Source: Candidatus Atabeyarchaeum deiterrae
GTDB taxonomy: Archaea; Asgardarchaeota; Atabeyarchaeia; Atabeyarchaeales; Atabeyarchaeaceae
Direction of reading: 5' to 3'
NCBI GenBank assembly: GCA_037310415.1
Contig: CP147780.1
Span: forward strand, 1,856,001 to 1,920,000
DNA: 64,000 nucleotides
In this document: one piece after another, positions 29,105 to 38,718 of the stretch
Position numbering within the stretch: the stretch's first letter is position 1
How the letters are laid out: every line of letters starts with the position of its first letter
Translations under genes and position numbers: made by a program
Notes under the pieces: generated by a model
Seen by the model: the letters and a program-made list of their open reading frames with translations, nothing else
Databases searched by the model: none
Told to the model about the DNA's origin: nothing

Positions 29105-29322
29105 ACGCCTCCTAAAAACAAGGTGTTATGATAAGCTTTAACTTATTAGGATGCTTGGAGTTTTTAAGGTTTATTAATATCACCATATTAAGTCTGTTAT
29201 GAGGTCTCAACTTTCCAGTCGCGATGCCAGCGTTGAATCTAGATTAATGAAGTGCTACTCCATTCTGGAGATAGATGAAAAAGATTGAAGTCGCACGATC
29301 CGCATCTTGGAGGTTATGAATA

Positions 29323-29718
29323 ATGAAGAAGAAAGAGACTTTGGATTTCTGTAACAGATGGTTGCCAACTTGGGGAGGCGACAGACCGAATGAATTGATT
29401 GACTTCTACTCTGATGATGCGCTTTATTTTGATCCAGCTAACAAAGCAGGTTTAAGGGGGCGCGAGGAGATCCTGCCTTACTTCAAGAAGTTGCTTTCCG
29501 CCAACCCGAAATGGAAGTGGGAACCCGTGGAAGTTTATTCAACGGACCTTGGCTTTGTTGCAAAGTGGAGAGCGACAATTCCTGTCGGAACAGAAACAGT
29601 CGTTGAAGATGGAATGGACATCGTCGAAGTCAAGCATGGCAAAATAACGAGAAATGAGGTCTACTTCGATCGCTCGGCTCTGTTGGATGCTTTGAGAAAG
29701 TTGAAGTCTGGCAAATGA
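29323..29718 (+). CDS. SnoaL/NTF2-like protein
   Basis: FYSDDA.Y.DP, GR..I..Y, G.D...V..GKI....YFD. Confidence 0.88.
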   Translation: MKKKETLDFCNRWLPTWGGDRPNELIDFYSDDALYFDPANKAGLRGREEILPYFKKLLSANPKWKWEPVEVYSTDLGFVAKWRATIPVGTETVVEDGMDIVEVKHGKITRNEVYFDRSALLDALRKLKSGK

Positions 29719-29757
29719 GGATCATCCTTATAGCTCATGTCGAGAGACGATACTGGT

Positions 29758-30978
29758 TCATATGATCGGTTTGGGGTCTTCAACAAAAACTCTAGCTTTG
29801 TTCGAAGCAAGTTTCTCTATTTCATTGATCCTGCTGTTTATGATGTCCTTATCTTTCCCGTCTATGCATCTGCCAGCGGCTTCTTTATAAAGCCTCAGTG
29901 CCCCGGCGGTGCCATCCGCCATATTCGCATATAGTGTAAGGCAGTCTAGAAACTCCTTGAAACCATTCTGTGACACGCCCATATACTCAAGCCATTGTTT
30001 TACGAGTTTCGCGTCGTCTTCAAAGTATTTCTTAACCGTATCCACGAGTTGAGAGAGCTCCTCTGATACGTTCAACTGCCAATACTGAGCCTCGCCTCTG
30101 AATCCATATACGAGACCCTCTAAGTGCCTTTGATCCATGTATTTGTGTATCTTCATCTGTCTGCGTCCCTGAGTGGTCTTGACTCTAATGAATGCTGCCT
30201 TGAGGCAAGACACTGCGCTGAGGTACTCATTGCGGATCGATATTCCATTTCTATATAGTGGCATCAGGCTCTCGTGCGCCCCTCGAAACTCGAGGAAGTC
30301 AGATCCAAACCTAGGACCAGCCACACTCTTGTCTTCCGCGAACTCAGCCTTCTTGGACCTACTGGCCACCATCTCCATTGAAGGCGCAGCCATAGGTAAC
30401 TGCAATTGAGGCTTACCTACCGTGACAGATATGCTTGCATCATACCCAAGTGCCCAACCCCTTGCTGATGGTGTGGCCGTCATTGCCAGTTGCGTGCGAA
30501 CTGCTGCAGCAAATTTGAGCAGGAGTGCCACGGTGTACTCCTCGCTCGTAACATCTATTTTCTCTCCTGTTTCGGTGTCTTCAACAGAGATTTCCTTTAT
30601 TCCAGCTTCACTGAAGGATATGCCTTCCACGATGTCCTCTAGTATCCTGGCTATATCCAAGAAGACACTGGCAGCGTCTGGCGTGTAGGTTTTGGAATTG
30701 ATGATTTTCTCCGCTTTCTCCAACAGGTTTCTGAGGCCTGCGAGGGACCGAATCTTGCCGATGATATCCTTTGGAAGTGAACTCTCGTACTTCGTTATGA
30801 AACTCTCAACGTCGTTTGCCTCTACAGCATTGACAAGCTCGTTGACCAGAGCGCTTTCTTCAACTTTTCCCTTCAGTTTCTTGTAAAGGATCTGGGCAAC
30901 CATCTTGGCGCGGCCCATAATTAGAGGTTTGACCAGGCTAAAGAGTATACTTCCGACTGAAGCAAGCGTTATTGCCAT
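29758..30978 (-). CDS. hypothetical, largely alpha-helical protein
   Basis: 406-aa ORF with GAGGT SD and CTTAAG box; no recognised motif. Confidence 0.75.
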   Translation of the reverse strand: MAITLASVGSILFSLVKPLIMGRAKMVAQILYKKLKGKVEESALVNELVNAVEANDVESFITKYESSLPKDIIGKIRSLAGLRNLLEKAEKIINSKTYTPDAASVFLDIARILEDIVEGISFSEAGIKEISVEDTETGEKIDVTSEEYTVALLLKFAAAVRTQLAMTATPSARGWALGYDASISVTVGKPQLQLPMAAPSMEMVASRSKKAEFAEDKSVAGPRFGSDFLEFRGAHESLMPLYRNGISIRNEYLSAVSCLKAAFIRVKTTQGRRQMKIHKYMDQRHLEGLVYGFRGEAQYWQLNVSEELSQLVDTVKKYFEDDAKLVKQWLEYMGVSQNGFKEFLDCLTLYANMADGTAGALRLYKEAAGRCIDGKDKDIINSRINEIEKLASNKARVFVEDPKPII

Positions 30979-31194
30979 AAAACCACTACCTCTGTAGTGA
31001 AGCAGATTGTGGATTACTTAAGCATTTCTTAATGGGCCACTTAGGGCACTGATTTCGGGTCCTGTTCCAAGTTGCATGCAAAAAAGGAATTGTACGTTGC
31101 CTGGAGACTTGGATTGCTTGAATTGGGCTCCATTTCGCATTTTTCTCCCAGAGAACTGACTATTTACCCACTTCTTATTGGGTTTTTATGGGTT

Positions 31195-31303
31195 AATATG
31201 ATAAAATATGATAAACCTTTATATCTCTGTGCAGACATGGGTTTACTCTATAACATACAACATTATACTCGAAAATACTTGATAGGAGGAGGCGGTTCCT
31301 CCT
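31195..31303 (+). promoter_or_regulatory. promoter/leader of the NurA-HerA operon
   Basis: Tandem AATATGATAA x2 (31195-31214), CTTTATAT box, and AGGAGGA-N6-TCCTCCT hairpin over the SD. Confidence 0.55.
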
Positions 31304-32322
31304 TGCAACTTGGGTTATACGTACCCAGCCGGCAAAGAGAGTTTAGTTCGCTAATTCCATCTGGGGTGCTCGCCAAGTGGCGGAACAAGGAGAACATCCT
31401 TTCTTTTACCCGCCCGAGACCGAGGAAGGGGTTTCGGGAGCCATTTGTGGAAATGCGCTTCCCCTCAGCGACTACAGCAATGTTCTACCTTGAGAAGTAC
31501 GGAGCTAAGAAAAAGCAGGACCTCGAGGAACTCGTACATGAATTTGAGAACGGCAAACCCGCCTTTGAAGAGGGCTTTGCGGGCTACGCTTTCCGGATCA
31601 TGGCTCTTCCACTGAGAGGAATTCTTGCCATCTCATCATTGGGAGGACCGTTGAACATGAGTGTCGGAGAAGAGGCGGTATCATCGGTGCTCGACATGAC
31701 CTTACCATCACCCAATGGATTTGAGAGATACGTTCCTGCGAGTGGAGACCTGAAGTCGCTATGCGAGCATTACTTGCAGGTCGTTCATGGAAGCGAAGTA
31801 TACAGAGTGCGCGCGACTGTTGAAAATGTGGAGGTTGAACTGAAAGGATACGACGTCATGAAGTCAGATATCTATGAAAGGATCGACAACGTAACGCAGA
31901 TAGGTTCCTCGCCGATTGAAGGAGCTGGGTACAGGTGGGAGAGTGACAGAGTTGGCAGACCCGTTACAATGCGAGTGTCTGCACCTGAAGGACGCGGAGT
32001 CATTGGGGTATCAGCAGGTCGGCTGACTGCAGAGGAATCGGTTTTGCTTACAGACGAAGTCGTCGGAAGAATCGAGGAAGCATTAGGGCGCCGTATAGCT
32101 GAGACAACTCAGGGAAAAGTATCTAGCTCCCTGATGAACATGACGATAGATGAATACTCAGGTGAGCTACCTAAGGTTGTCCAAGTGAGCGAGATTGAAG
32201 AGAAATATGCTAAGAACTCAAGTATGGTCGCAGCCGAGATTCAGCGCCTGATAAAACTGGGCTACCAAGTGACGTTTGATCAGCTAAGGGGGAGACTGTT
32301 AGTCGCCCGAGGAAGAGCATAG
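31303..32322 (+). CDS. hypothetical protein, first gene of the NurA-HerA operon; C-terminal winged-helix-like segment
   Basis: Long ORF; TTG 31303 after GGAGG; C-terminal VSEIEEKY...V..EI.RLI..G...FD...G.L. Confidence 0.7.
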   Translation: MQLGLYVPSRQREFSSLIPSGVLAKWRNKENILSFTRPRPRKGFREPFVEMRFPSATTAMFYLEKYGAKKKQDLEELVHEFENGKPAFEEGFAGYAFRIMALPLRGILAISSLGGPLNMSVGEEAVSSVLDMTLPSPNGFERYVPASGDLKSLCEHYLQVVHGSEVYRVRATVENVEVELKGYDVMKSDIYERIDNVTQIGSSPIEGAGYRWESDRVGRPVTMRVSAPEGRGVIGVSAGRLTAEESVLLTDEVVGRIEEALGRRIAETTQGKVSSSLMNMTIDEYSGELPKVVQVSEIEEKYAKNSSMVAAEIQRLIKLGYQVTFDQLRGRLLVARGRA

Positions 32323-32353
32323 CTGGCTGAAATACGCGAGAACTCGGTCTTTT

Positions 32354-33577
32354 TTGGTGTGGAGGATTCGATCGCTGATGTCATTGCCGTTTCGAGCCAT
32401 TAGGGAGAAACTCGAGAGGATACCGAGCTTGCTGCCTGCATCTTCGCTGGCTGAGCTAAGCGACTTGCGTTTCAATCAACAATATGCACCTGGGGAGCTT
32501 GAGCCCATCGAATCCCTCGATCCTCTTAGAGGCATTCCAGTCACTTTGGATCACAAAGTGATGCGCGGAAGAAGCGCAGTGAGCATCGATGGTGGGAGCA
32601 ATTTCTGGACGCTCCCTCTCGGGACACTTCTTCTCGGTCGCTCCGGTGCAGCAAAGCGTTCCTTCCTCGGAGCCAGTAGTCCGCCCGTGCAATACCTCGA
32701 GGGTTGTGAGCGATATCCGCCTTTCTTCCTTTATTACTCTAAGCTCCTGTTCAATAATGTTGAAGGGTTTGTTAGTGGGGACGTTGAAGAACTAAAATCC
32801 TTGGTAAGGGACAGCGTTGACCCGTTCGACATTGGGAGTTTCATCAATCTTCTAAGAACATATGCTGAGAATGAGACTACGTTGGAAGCTTTAAATCATC
32901 TCGGGAGGGAAGGAGTACTCGTTAGAGATGGCAACCTATACGGGCCCAGGACAAGGTGGGATGCGGATCCGACACACTGCATGTCTTCATCATACCAGCA
33001 GATCTCAGAGATCGAGGACAAGTACTATGACGTTTTCTTGAACGAAGACGCCGTTTTGCTGGGCATCGTCAAGAGGCCGTCAGTCAATCTCGTTGTCGAG
33101 CTTCTTCGAAGGAACCTCGACGAGAAGTTTGAGTTGGGATACCCCACCGACTGTTCCCTCTATGCATACAAGTTGAAGGCTGGAGAGCGAAGTATAGCTT
33201 TTTATCATCGCCCCTCCAGAGTATTTGGCGCGACTTCATATTCAAGTCCAATTTCATACGTCTTCTTCTACTACAAGCCAACCAAATGGGCTGCTCCTTT
33301 CAGAGTCGAGACTCCCGCGTACTGTTGGGAACGCTGGGGAATGCGCGAAGACTTCATTCCCAGAGCGGTCCATATGATGAGTCTCGCCTCGGCTGCGGAA
33401 GGAGTTCCCCAGCCATTGATGTGTATTCATAGGATGGTTCGCGTTGAGCGATCCACATTGCTTATACACTTGAGGCGTCTAGTATCGGAGTGGATCAAGA
33501 ACAGAGGAGTCGAGGATGCTCGGCTCAGCCTGGGCTACTTGACGTCTCAGTACTTTGTTGGGAGTGAAATAAGCTGA
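32354..33577 (+). CDS. NurA-domain nuclease
   Basis: SIDGGS, R.YAE, RDGNL, LGIVKR, PFRVE.P, G.P.PL...H..V motifs. Confidence 0.85.
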   Translation: MVWRIRSLMSLPFRAIREKLERIPSLLPASSLAELSDLRFNQQYAPGELEPIESLDPLRGIPVTLDHKVMRGRSAVSIDGGSNFWTLPLGTLLLGRSGAAKRSFLGASSPPVQYLEGCERYPPFFLYYSKLLFNNVEGFVSGDVEELKSLVRDSVDPFDIGSFINLLRTYAENETTLEALNHLGREGVLVRDGNLYGPRTRWDADPTHCMSSSYQQISEIEDKYYDVFLNEDAVLLGIVKRPSVNLVVELLRRNLDEKFELGYPTDCSLYAYKLKAGERSIAFYHRPSRVFGATSYSSPISYVFFYYKPTKWAAPFRVETPAYCWERWGMREDFIPRAVHMMSLASAAEGVPQPLMCIHRMVRVERSTLLIHLRRLVSEWIKNRGVEDARLSLGYLTSQYFVGSEIS

Positions 33578-35406
33578 TGAAGAAGACTGACGCCAATGAG
33601 CGTAGAAGAGACCACTCTGACAATTCTTTGAACCCTCGTGTAGCGCCAACTCCTCACTCTGCTTCTTCAATGCAACTGAAGAGTGAGAAAGTGAAAACCG
33701 AAAATGATACGGCTGCGCTGTCGGAGCGGGCTAACGTTAATGAAGGAAGGGAATTTGTTGGAGTTGTTGCCGGCGGGTTTGAGGATCCAATAGAAACTGA
33801 AATGTTCAAGGTTATCGTTCCTTCCATGTCAAAGAGAAGAATAGTCGGAGACCTCAAGATTGACACAATAGTAAGGGTAGATGCAATGGACGACACGAGG
33901 ACACCTGTGCTCGGAAAAATCAAACGAATTGTAATCCAGCCCGGTTTGTCTTACAAGAGCGCAAAGGACATGGCCATGGTTCCATACTATGGCGAAGGAA
34001 GCGAACATGATGTCACTTGGAGGGAAGATTCCGAGATATTGGAAGTTGAGTCTCTGGGGCAGCTCGTAGGTAGACGCGTCGTGGGACCGCTTAGGCCGCC
34101 GGAACGAGAAAGTCCAGTCTACCTTGCGAATGCTGATGACATTAAGACTGCGCTTATCGTCGAGCAGCCGCATGAAAGAGTCTCAATTCCTCTCGGTCTT
34201 TATGCCAACCCTGAGTCCGTGTATAGACCTTATGTTGTCATAGATTTGCCGCTCGACGCGATATGGTACCACGGCATCATAGTCGGAGCAACAGGAGGCG
34301 GAAAATCAAACACTATCGCCGCCCTCGACAAGGTTCTAAGCGACAATGGCTTGGCAGTAGTTCAGTTCAATGTCAAAGGAAGCGAATTTCTATACCTAGA
34401 TCAACCCTGCCCATCAGATGTCACGGATGCCAACTTCCAGAGAACACCGTCTGGCGGAGCCGTATGGAACGCACTGGGCATCAGTCCGGAAGGGGTACTA
34501 GATTTCAAACTCTATGTGCTGAAAGGGAGAGAGTGCAATCGTAAGGATGGCATGACGAATAGCTTCGACTTGGAACTTGAGGTTCTCGGCGACAGTTACC
34601 TTGAACAAATACTCAAAGACAGAGTGTCAGGCATGGGAATAGACTCTTTCATCCACGCCAAGGACATAATAAAGTACAACCTCGAAAGAGAGGGAAGAAG
34701 CTATAACCTTAGAGAAATAACTCGGTTCCTCTCAATTCTCATAAGAACAGCGGAGCAATCCAAGGATCAGGAGATAAAAATACCTGGACCGACAAGTTCG
34801 GCCGGAATTCACATTCAGACAGCAAAGAGCATTCTAAGAGGTCTGGAGCAACTTCTTCTCATGGACCTCTTCGATGATCCGAGTGTCCCGACCATACCGA
34901 TTGATGAGCTCGTCAAACCCGGACGAGTGTCCGTGATAGATGTCGCTCCGCTCTCAAGGGATGCACAGGAGGTAACTGTTTCCTATGTCTTGTGGGCTCT
35001 GTACGATCACATACATAAACTTCATTCTTTTGGAAGGAACTATCCGCCAACCGTTGTGATAATAGATGAAGCGTGGAAGATACTCAAGGATGAGGCAACA
35101 ATTCAAGGAGTCGAGCGGATCGCTCGCCAGGGCAGATCCCTCAGATTCGGCTTGTTCTTCGCTTCTCAAAATCTGCCTGGTCTTGAAGCAAAGCATGTGT
35201 TAGGGCAATGCCACTCAATGATAATCCACAGAATGGGAGAAGACTTTGACAAACTCAGAGAACTCGTTCCTCACTTCGACCAAAGAGATGTAGCGCGCTT
35301 GTCGAACCTGCCAACGGGTCTGGCGTACGTTTGGAACAAGCAATACTACAGGTTTCCTATATCAGCGCAAATACCACTGGCGCCTTGCAGACATGCTACT
35401 GACTGA
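33577..35406 (+). CDS. HerA/FtsK-family ATPase
   Basis: N-terminal HAS-barrel-like region, H..IVGATGGGKS, VIIDEAW, ARQGR, ASQ; TGATG overlap with NurA. Confidence 0.9.
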   Translation: MKKTDANERRRDHSDNSLNPRVAPTPHSASSMQLKSEKVKTENDTAALSERANVNEGREFVGVVAGGFEDPIETEMFKVIVPSMSKRRIVGDLKIDTIVRVDAMDDTRTPVLGKIKRIVIQPGLSYKSAKDMAMVPYYGEGSEHDVTWREDSEILEVESLGQLVGRRVVGPLRPPERESPVYLANADDIKTALIVEQPHERVSIPLGLYANPESVYRPYVVIDLPLDAIWYHGIIVGATGGGKSNTIAALDKVLSDNGLAVVQFNVKGSEFLYLDQPCPSDVTDANFQRTPSGGAVWNALGISPEGVLDFKLYVLKGRECNRKDGMTNSFDLELEVLGDSYLEQILKDRVSGMGIDSFIHAKDIIKYNLEREGRSYNLREITRFLSILIRTAEQSKDQEIKIPGPTSSAGIHIQTAKSILRGLEQLLLMDLFDDPSVPTIPIDELVKPGRVSVIDVAPLSRDAQEVTVSYVLWALYDHIHKLHSFGRNYPPTVVIIDEAWKILKDEATIQGVERIARQGRSLRFGLFFASQNLPGLEAKHVLGQCHSMIIHRMGEDFDKLRELVPHFDQRDVARLSNLPTGLAYVWNKQYYRFPISAQIPLAPCRHATD

Positions 35407-35527
35407 GTTCATCTCGATGCGCATTCTTGGGGAAAAGCTATAAAGAGAAAAGGTTACCGCCTAGCGTTGGAGAACGGTTCTTTCCTCACATTATGTCAAG
35501 ATTCTATCGAAGAGGTCGCCTCAAGAA

Positions 35528-36214
35528 ATGAAAAGTGATTTCACGGTTAAGTGGTTGCGTCGCACAGCGATAGCAAGCTACTCCGTGGGTGTTTACACAT
35601 TCATCAGTGCTGCAGCAGTGTACGTCATGGCATCGTCAATCGCGAGTGCAATTGTCTATGGTGGTATGACCTTTCAGCAGGCAGTTGAACCAATGATTCC
35701 CCAGCTGACTATTGTCGACGCAGTTGGGACGGCGACCTGGCTGATCTTTGCTTTGGGACTAATGAAGATCGGTCAGTCCCATGGGTCTTCCCTTGTCCAG
35801 CTGACAGGTTTTCTCTTGATGATCTCACCTATTCTCACGGTGGCATTGGCACCACTGTCGCTTTCGTCGACGACCCTGTCAATTGTTGGAGGAACAATTG
35901 TTCAAACCGTAGATCCGTTTGCCGCCGCGGTCAATTCACTAAAGGATCTTGTCACTCTTGTCGCCTACATCATGTTGGTTGTTAGTGCCTTCATCATGAA
36001 TGGGAAGAGCGGCATTGGTGCGTATAATGTTGCAGGTTTCGTAGTGATTATCGGGCTATTCGTCGGATTTGTCGTGCCGATTGGGATTATCATCCTAGGC
36101 ATAGCTCTTAGTTTAGATGCGTCGAAGAGAAAAGCCGAACTCACACCTCACTTGAATGAAGCGGACGAAGACAGGAAGAACCAGCTCCTAAGTCGTGGTA
36201 TGATGAAGCCATGA
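35528..36214 (+). CDS. multi-pass membrane protein (DUF996/DUF973-like)
   Basis: About 6 TM; paralogous to the next gene. Confidence 0.65.
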   Translation: MKSDFTVKWLRRTAIASYSVGVYTFISAAAVYVMASSIASAIVYGGMTFQQAVEPMIPQLTIVDAVGTATWLIFALGLMKIGQSHGSSLVQLTGFLLMISPILTVALAPLSLSSTTLSIVGGTIVQTVDPFAAAVNSLKDLVTLVAYIMLVVSAFIMNGKSGIGAYNVAGFVVIIGLFVGFVVPIGIIILGIALSLDASKRKAELTPHLNEADEDRKNQLLSRGMMKP

Positions 36215-36398
36215 CTATTGCCCGCACTATGAAGGCAGATTCTGCCCAGGGAAAGAACTTATTCGTGATATGAAGCAAGCCCCGGCAAACAATAAGAACG
36301 GTCACCAATCCTTCTCGATCAGGCACTCAGGAAAGGTTATTCATTCAACCGCCCTCCATCTCTTGTAAAGGAGAAAAAAGGGCGAAAATCGAGATTCG

Positions 36399-37280
36399 AT
36401 GTCAGAAAGAGATATATCAATAGCAACTTTACGGGATATGACTGTAACAACCCTAATAGTACATTCCACACCTACCTCATCGGGTGCTAGAAGCGTAAGG
36501 AACCAGCGAACGGAGCTGAGTATACTGCCTCAGAAAACAAAACAGACAAGTGCCGACAACTTCCTGAAGATCGCAGCTGCATTTATAATTCTCTTTAGTG
36601 CGTACATGATAATTGAATTTGTCACTTCTTCTGTCTTAACCCTCTCACTGTCATCATCACTTGTCTACTCGGGAATGACAATGGCTCAAGCATTGCAGTC
36701 TGGTCTGCTTGTTGTTGTCCTGCTCGCTAGCATCGAGGCTGTGTTCTTCATATTGTTCGGTTATGTTTGTTTCAAGCTCGGTGACCGATACGACATTGGG
36801 TCGTTCAAGTTCATGGCGATAATCTGGATCGGCCTATCTGTAGGAACACTCATTCTGTTGCCTTTTTTCGCTCCGATTTCAATAGTTAATAGTTCGTTAC
36901 TTACGGCTGGTACCTCTTTCTCATTTCAATATCGCGTGTATTTCTTGCCTATATTGTATGCCTTGCTGGGCGCATTTGCTTGGTTCATGTGTGTGATGGG
37001 AGTTTCAGCTATGAAGAAAACTCGGACTGCTAAAGCCCTCCGGTATGCTGTGATCATATTGACGCTCGTGGGGATCATATTCTCATTGGTGGTTCCTGTT
37101 GCCCTGATGATATTCGCTGTTGCCCTATTGAAGTTAGCACAAGCTGAGGAAGAGAGAACTTCAGGCAGAGTAGGGAGACAGACATCTGGAATCTTGACAA
37201 GTCGCTTTCCTAACCCGGTCGACGCCGAACAGGCTTCGGACAGGAAACATAAGCAACGAGACGAGCATACAGAAGAATGA
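36399..37280 (+). CDS. multi-pass membrane protein (DUF996/DUF973-like)
   Basis: About 6 TM; YSGMTMAQA vs YGGMTFQQA in the neighbour; start uncertain. Confidence 0.65.
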   Translation: MSERDISIATLRDMTVTTLIVHSTPTSSGARSVRNQRTELSILPQKTKQTSADNFLKIAAAFIILFSAYMIIEFVTSSVLTLSLSSSLVYSGMTMAQALQSGLLVVVLLASIEAVFFILFGYVCFKLGDRYDIGSFKFMAIIWIGLSVGTLILLPFFAPISIVNSSLLTAGTSFSFQYRVYFLPILYALLGAFAWFMCVMGVSAMKKTRTAKALRYAVIILTLVGIIFSLVVPVALMIFAVALLKLAQAEEERTSGRVGRQTSGILTSRFPNPVDAEQASDRKHKQRDEHTEE

Positions 37281-37502
37281 GGAAATTCGGCGAAAAAATC
37301 CATCTGCATTATTCCCCTTGATGAAAGTCCTTTTCGTTGGAGCTACCTACTGTGAGATCGGAGCGGCGAACGCTGATCGTCCAAAAAGGGAATTCAGAAG
37401 CGGATGCGAACGTCGGTAATGGATATACCGTCTGTGAAACGAAGAAATGGATGTACATTTATGAAATTGAAAACGCTTAAATGGAAGTAGCCAACACTAA
37501 CT

Positions 37503-37647
37503 ATAATCTGACAATTCTTGTCACTCGGCAGTGACTCTCTGGAAAACCAGACTGAAAACGTTTTGTCGCGATCATTCAGTATCTCGTGTGGTTGCTACCC
37601 ACACCCTTTGAATTGCGGGAACCGTGGGCACGGGAGGCGTCTTAGCT
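37503..37647 (+). promoter_or_regulatory. candidate structured 5' leader of deoxyhypusine synthase
   Basis: Several perfect 5-6 bp stems within about 130 nt, downstream of a GAAAACGCTTAAAT BRE/TATA. Confidence 0.4.
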
Positions 37648-38700
37648 GTGTCGGATGACTTTAGTCGGAAACAACGGCTTGTTAAGGATATTGAGGTAAG
37701 CGGGGACCTCAGCGTGTCAGATTTGGTGGAGCGGCTAGGCGAAACATCATATAATGCGAGAAAACTTTTCGAGGCTGCGGATATCTGGCTTGACGCTGTG
37801 AAAGCCAAGACTCGCATCTACTTTACCTTGGCTGGAGCCATGACACCAGCAGGGATGCGTAGGGTTATAGCTCAAGCTATTGAGAACAAGTTCATTCATG
37901 TCCTCGCAACAACCGGTGCAAACATGGTTCACGATGCAATTAAGGGCAGATTTCAGGCCCACATGATTGGAACAGAGAACGCTGATGACGCGAAACTCTT
38001 TAAGGAGAGACTCTTCAGGATATATGACATCTTCCTCTCGAATGATAGGTGGGCCGAATTTGGAGATTGGCTTGACAGCACATTCTTCCCTAGCTTCTTG
38101 AAAGAGAAAGGTGGAGCCAGGGGAAAACCTGCCAAAGGCGCTAAGCCCAATCCGGGAAATAAGGAATATGAGGAAGTTAGAATCACTCCGACGCAGTTCT
38201 TTGAGAAGCTTGGAAAAGAACTGTTGGATGGAAATGACAACGGAGTCTTGGCAGCCGCATGCAAACACAAGGTTCCAGTCTACTGCCCGGCGTTCGTGGA
38301 CTGCGACTATGGTATCCGTCTTCATTTCGCGAATCTGGAGGTTCTCCAGCCAAAGTACAATTCCAGATTGATGGTAGATATGGTAGCTGAGTACGACAAG
38401 CTCTTTGAAGATATGCAGACTCACAAAAACAGGGCGATCATTATAGTCGGAGGAGGAACGCCTAAGAATTTTGTGCTGCAGACCTCAATGGCGTTACCTG
38501 ACATAGATTATTGTGGATTCAAGTTTGCTGCACAGGTAACGACTGATGCCCCACAATGGGGAGGACTATCTGGAGCAACGCTTAGAGAAGCTATGAGCTG
38601 GGGTAAAATAAAAGAAGAGGCTAGGACAGCAATCTGTTATAGTGACGCCACAGTTGCGTTGCCTTTGATGGTAGCCTACATGATGGCAAAAATGAAATGA
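37648..38700 (+). CDS. dys: deoxyhypusine synthase
   Basis: GAM.PAG.R, TGAN..HD, GGG.PKNF, D.P.WGGLSGAT..EA.SWGK (catalytic Lys), DAT.ALP. Confidence 0.93.
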   Translation: MSDDFSRKQRLVKDIEVSGDLSVSDLVERLGETSYNARKLFEAADIWLDAVKAKTRIYFTLAGAMTPAGMRRVIAQAIENKFIHVLATTGANMVHDAIKGRFQAHMIGTENADDAKLFKERLFRIYDIFLSNDRWAEFGDWLDSTFFPSFLKEKGGARGKPAKGAKPNPGNKEYEEVRITPTQFFEKLGKELLDGNDNGVLAAACKHKVPVYCPAFVDCDYGIRLHFANLEVLQPKYNSRLMVDMVAEYDKLFEDMQTHKNRAIIIVGGGTPKNFVLQTSMALPDIDYCGFKFAAQVTTDAPQWGGLSGATLREAMSWGKIKEEARTAICYSDATVALPLMVAYMMAKMK

Positions 38701-38718
38701 GGATTCAGAGCAGTTTAT

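Noticed and set aside
31072-31302. N-terminal 77 aa of the track ORF 31072-32322
   Set aside because: Overlaps AT-rich promoter elements; the SD points to TTG 31303
37747-38424. 225-aa antisense ORF, and the many other shadow ORFs opposite real genes
   Set aside because: Fully overlap well-supported genes and lack protein-like motifs
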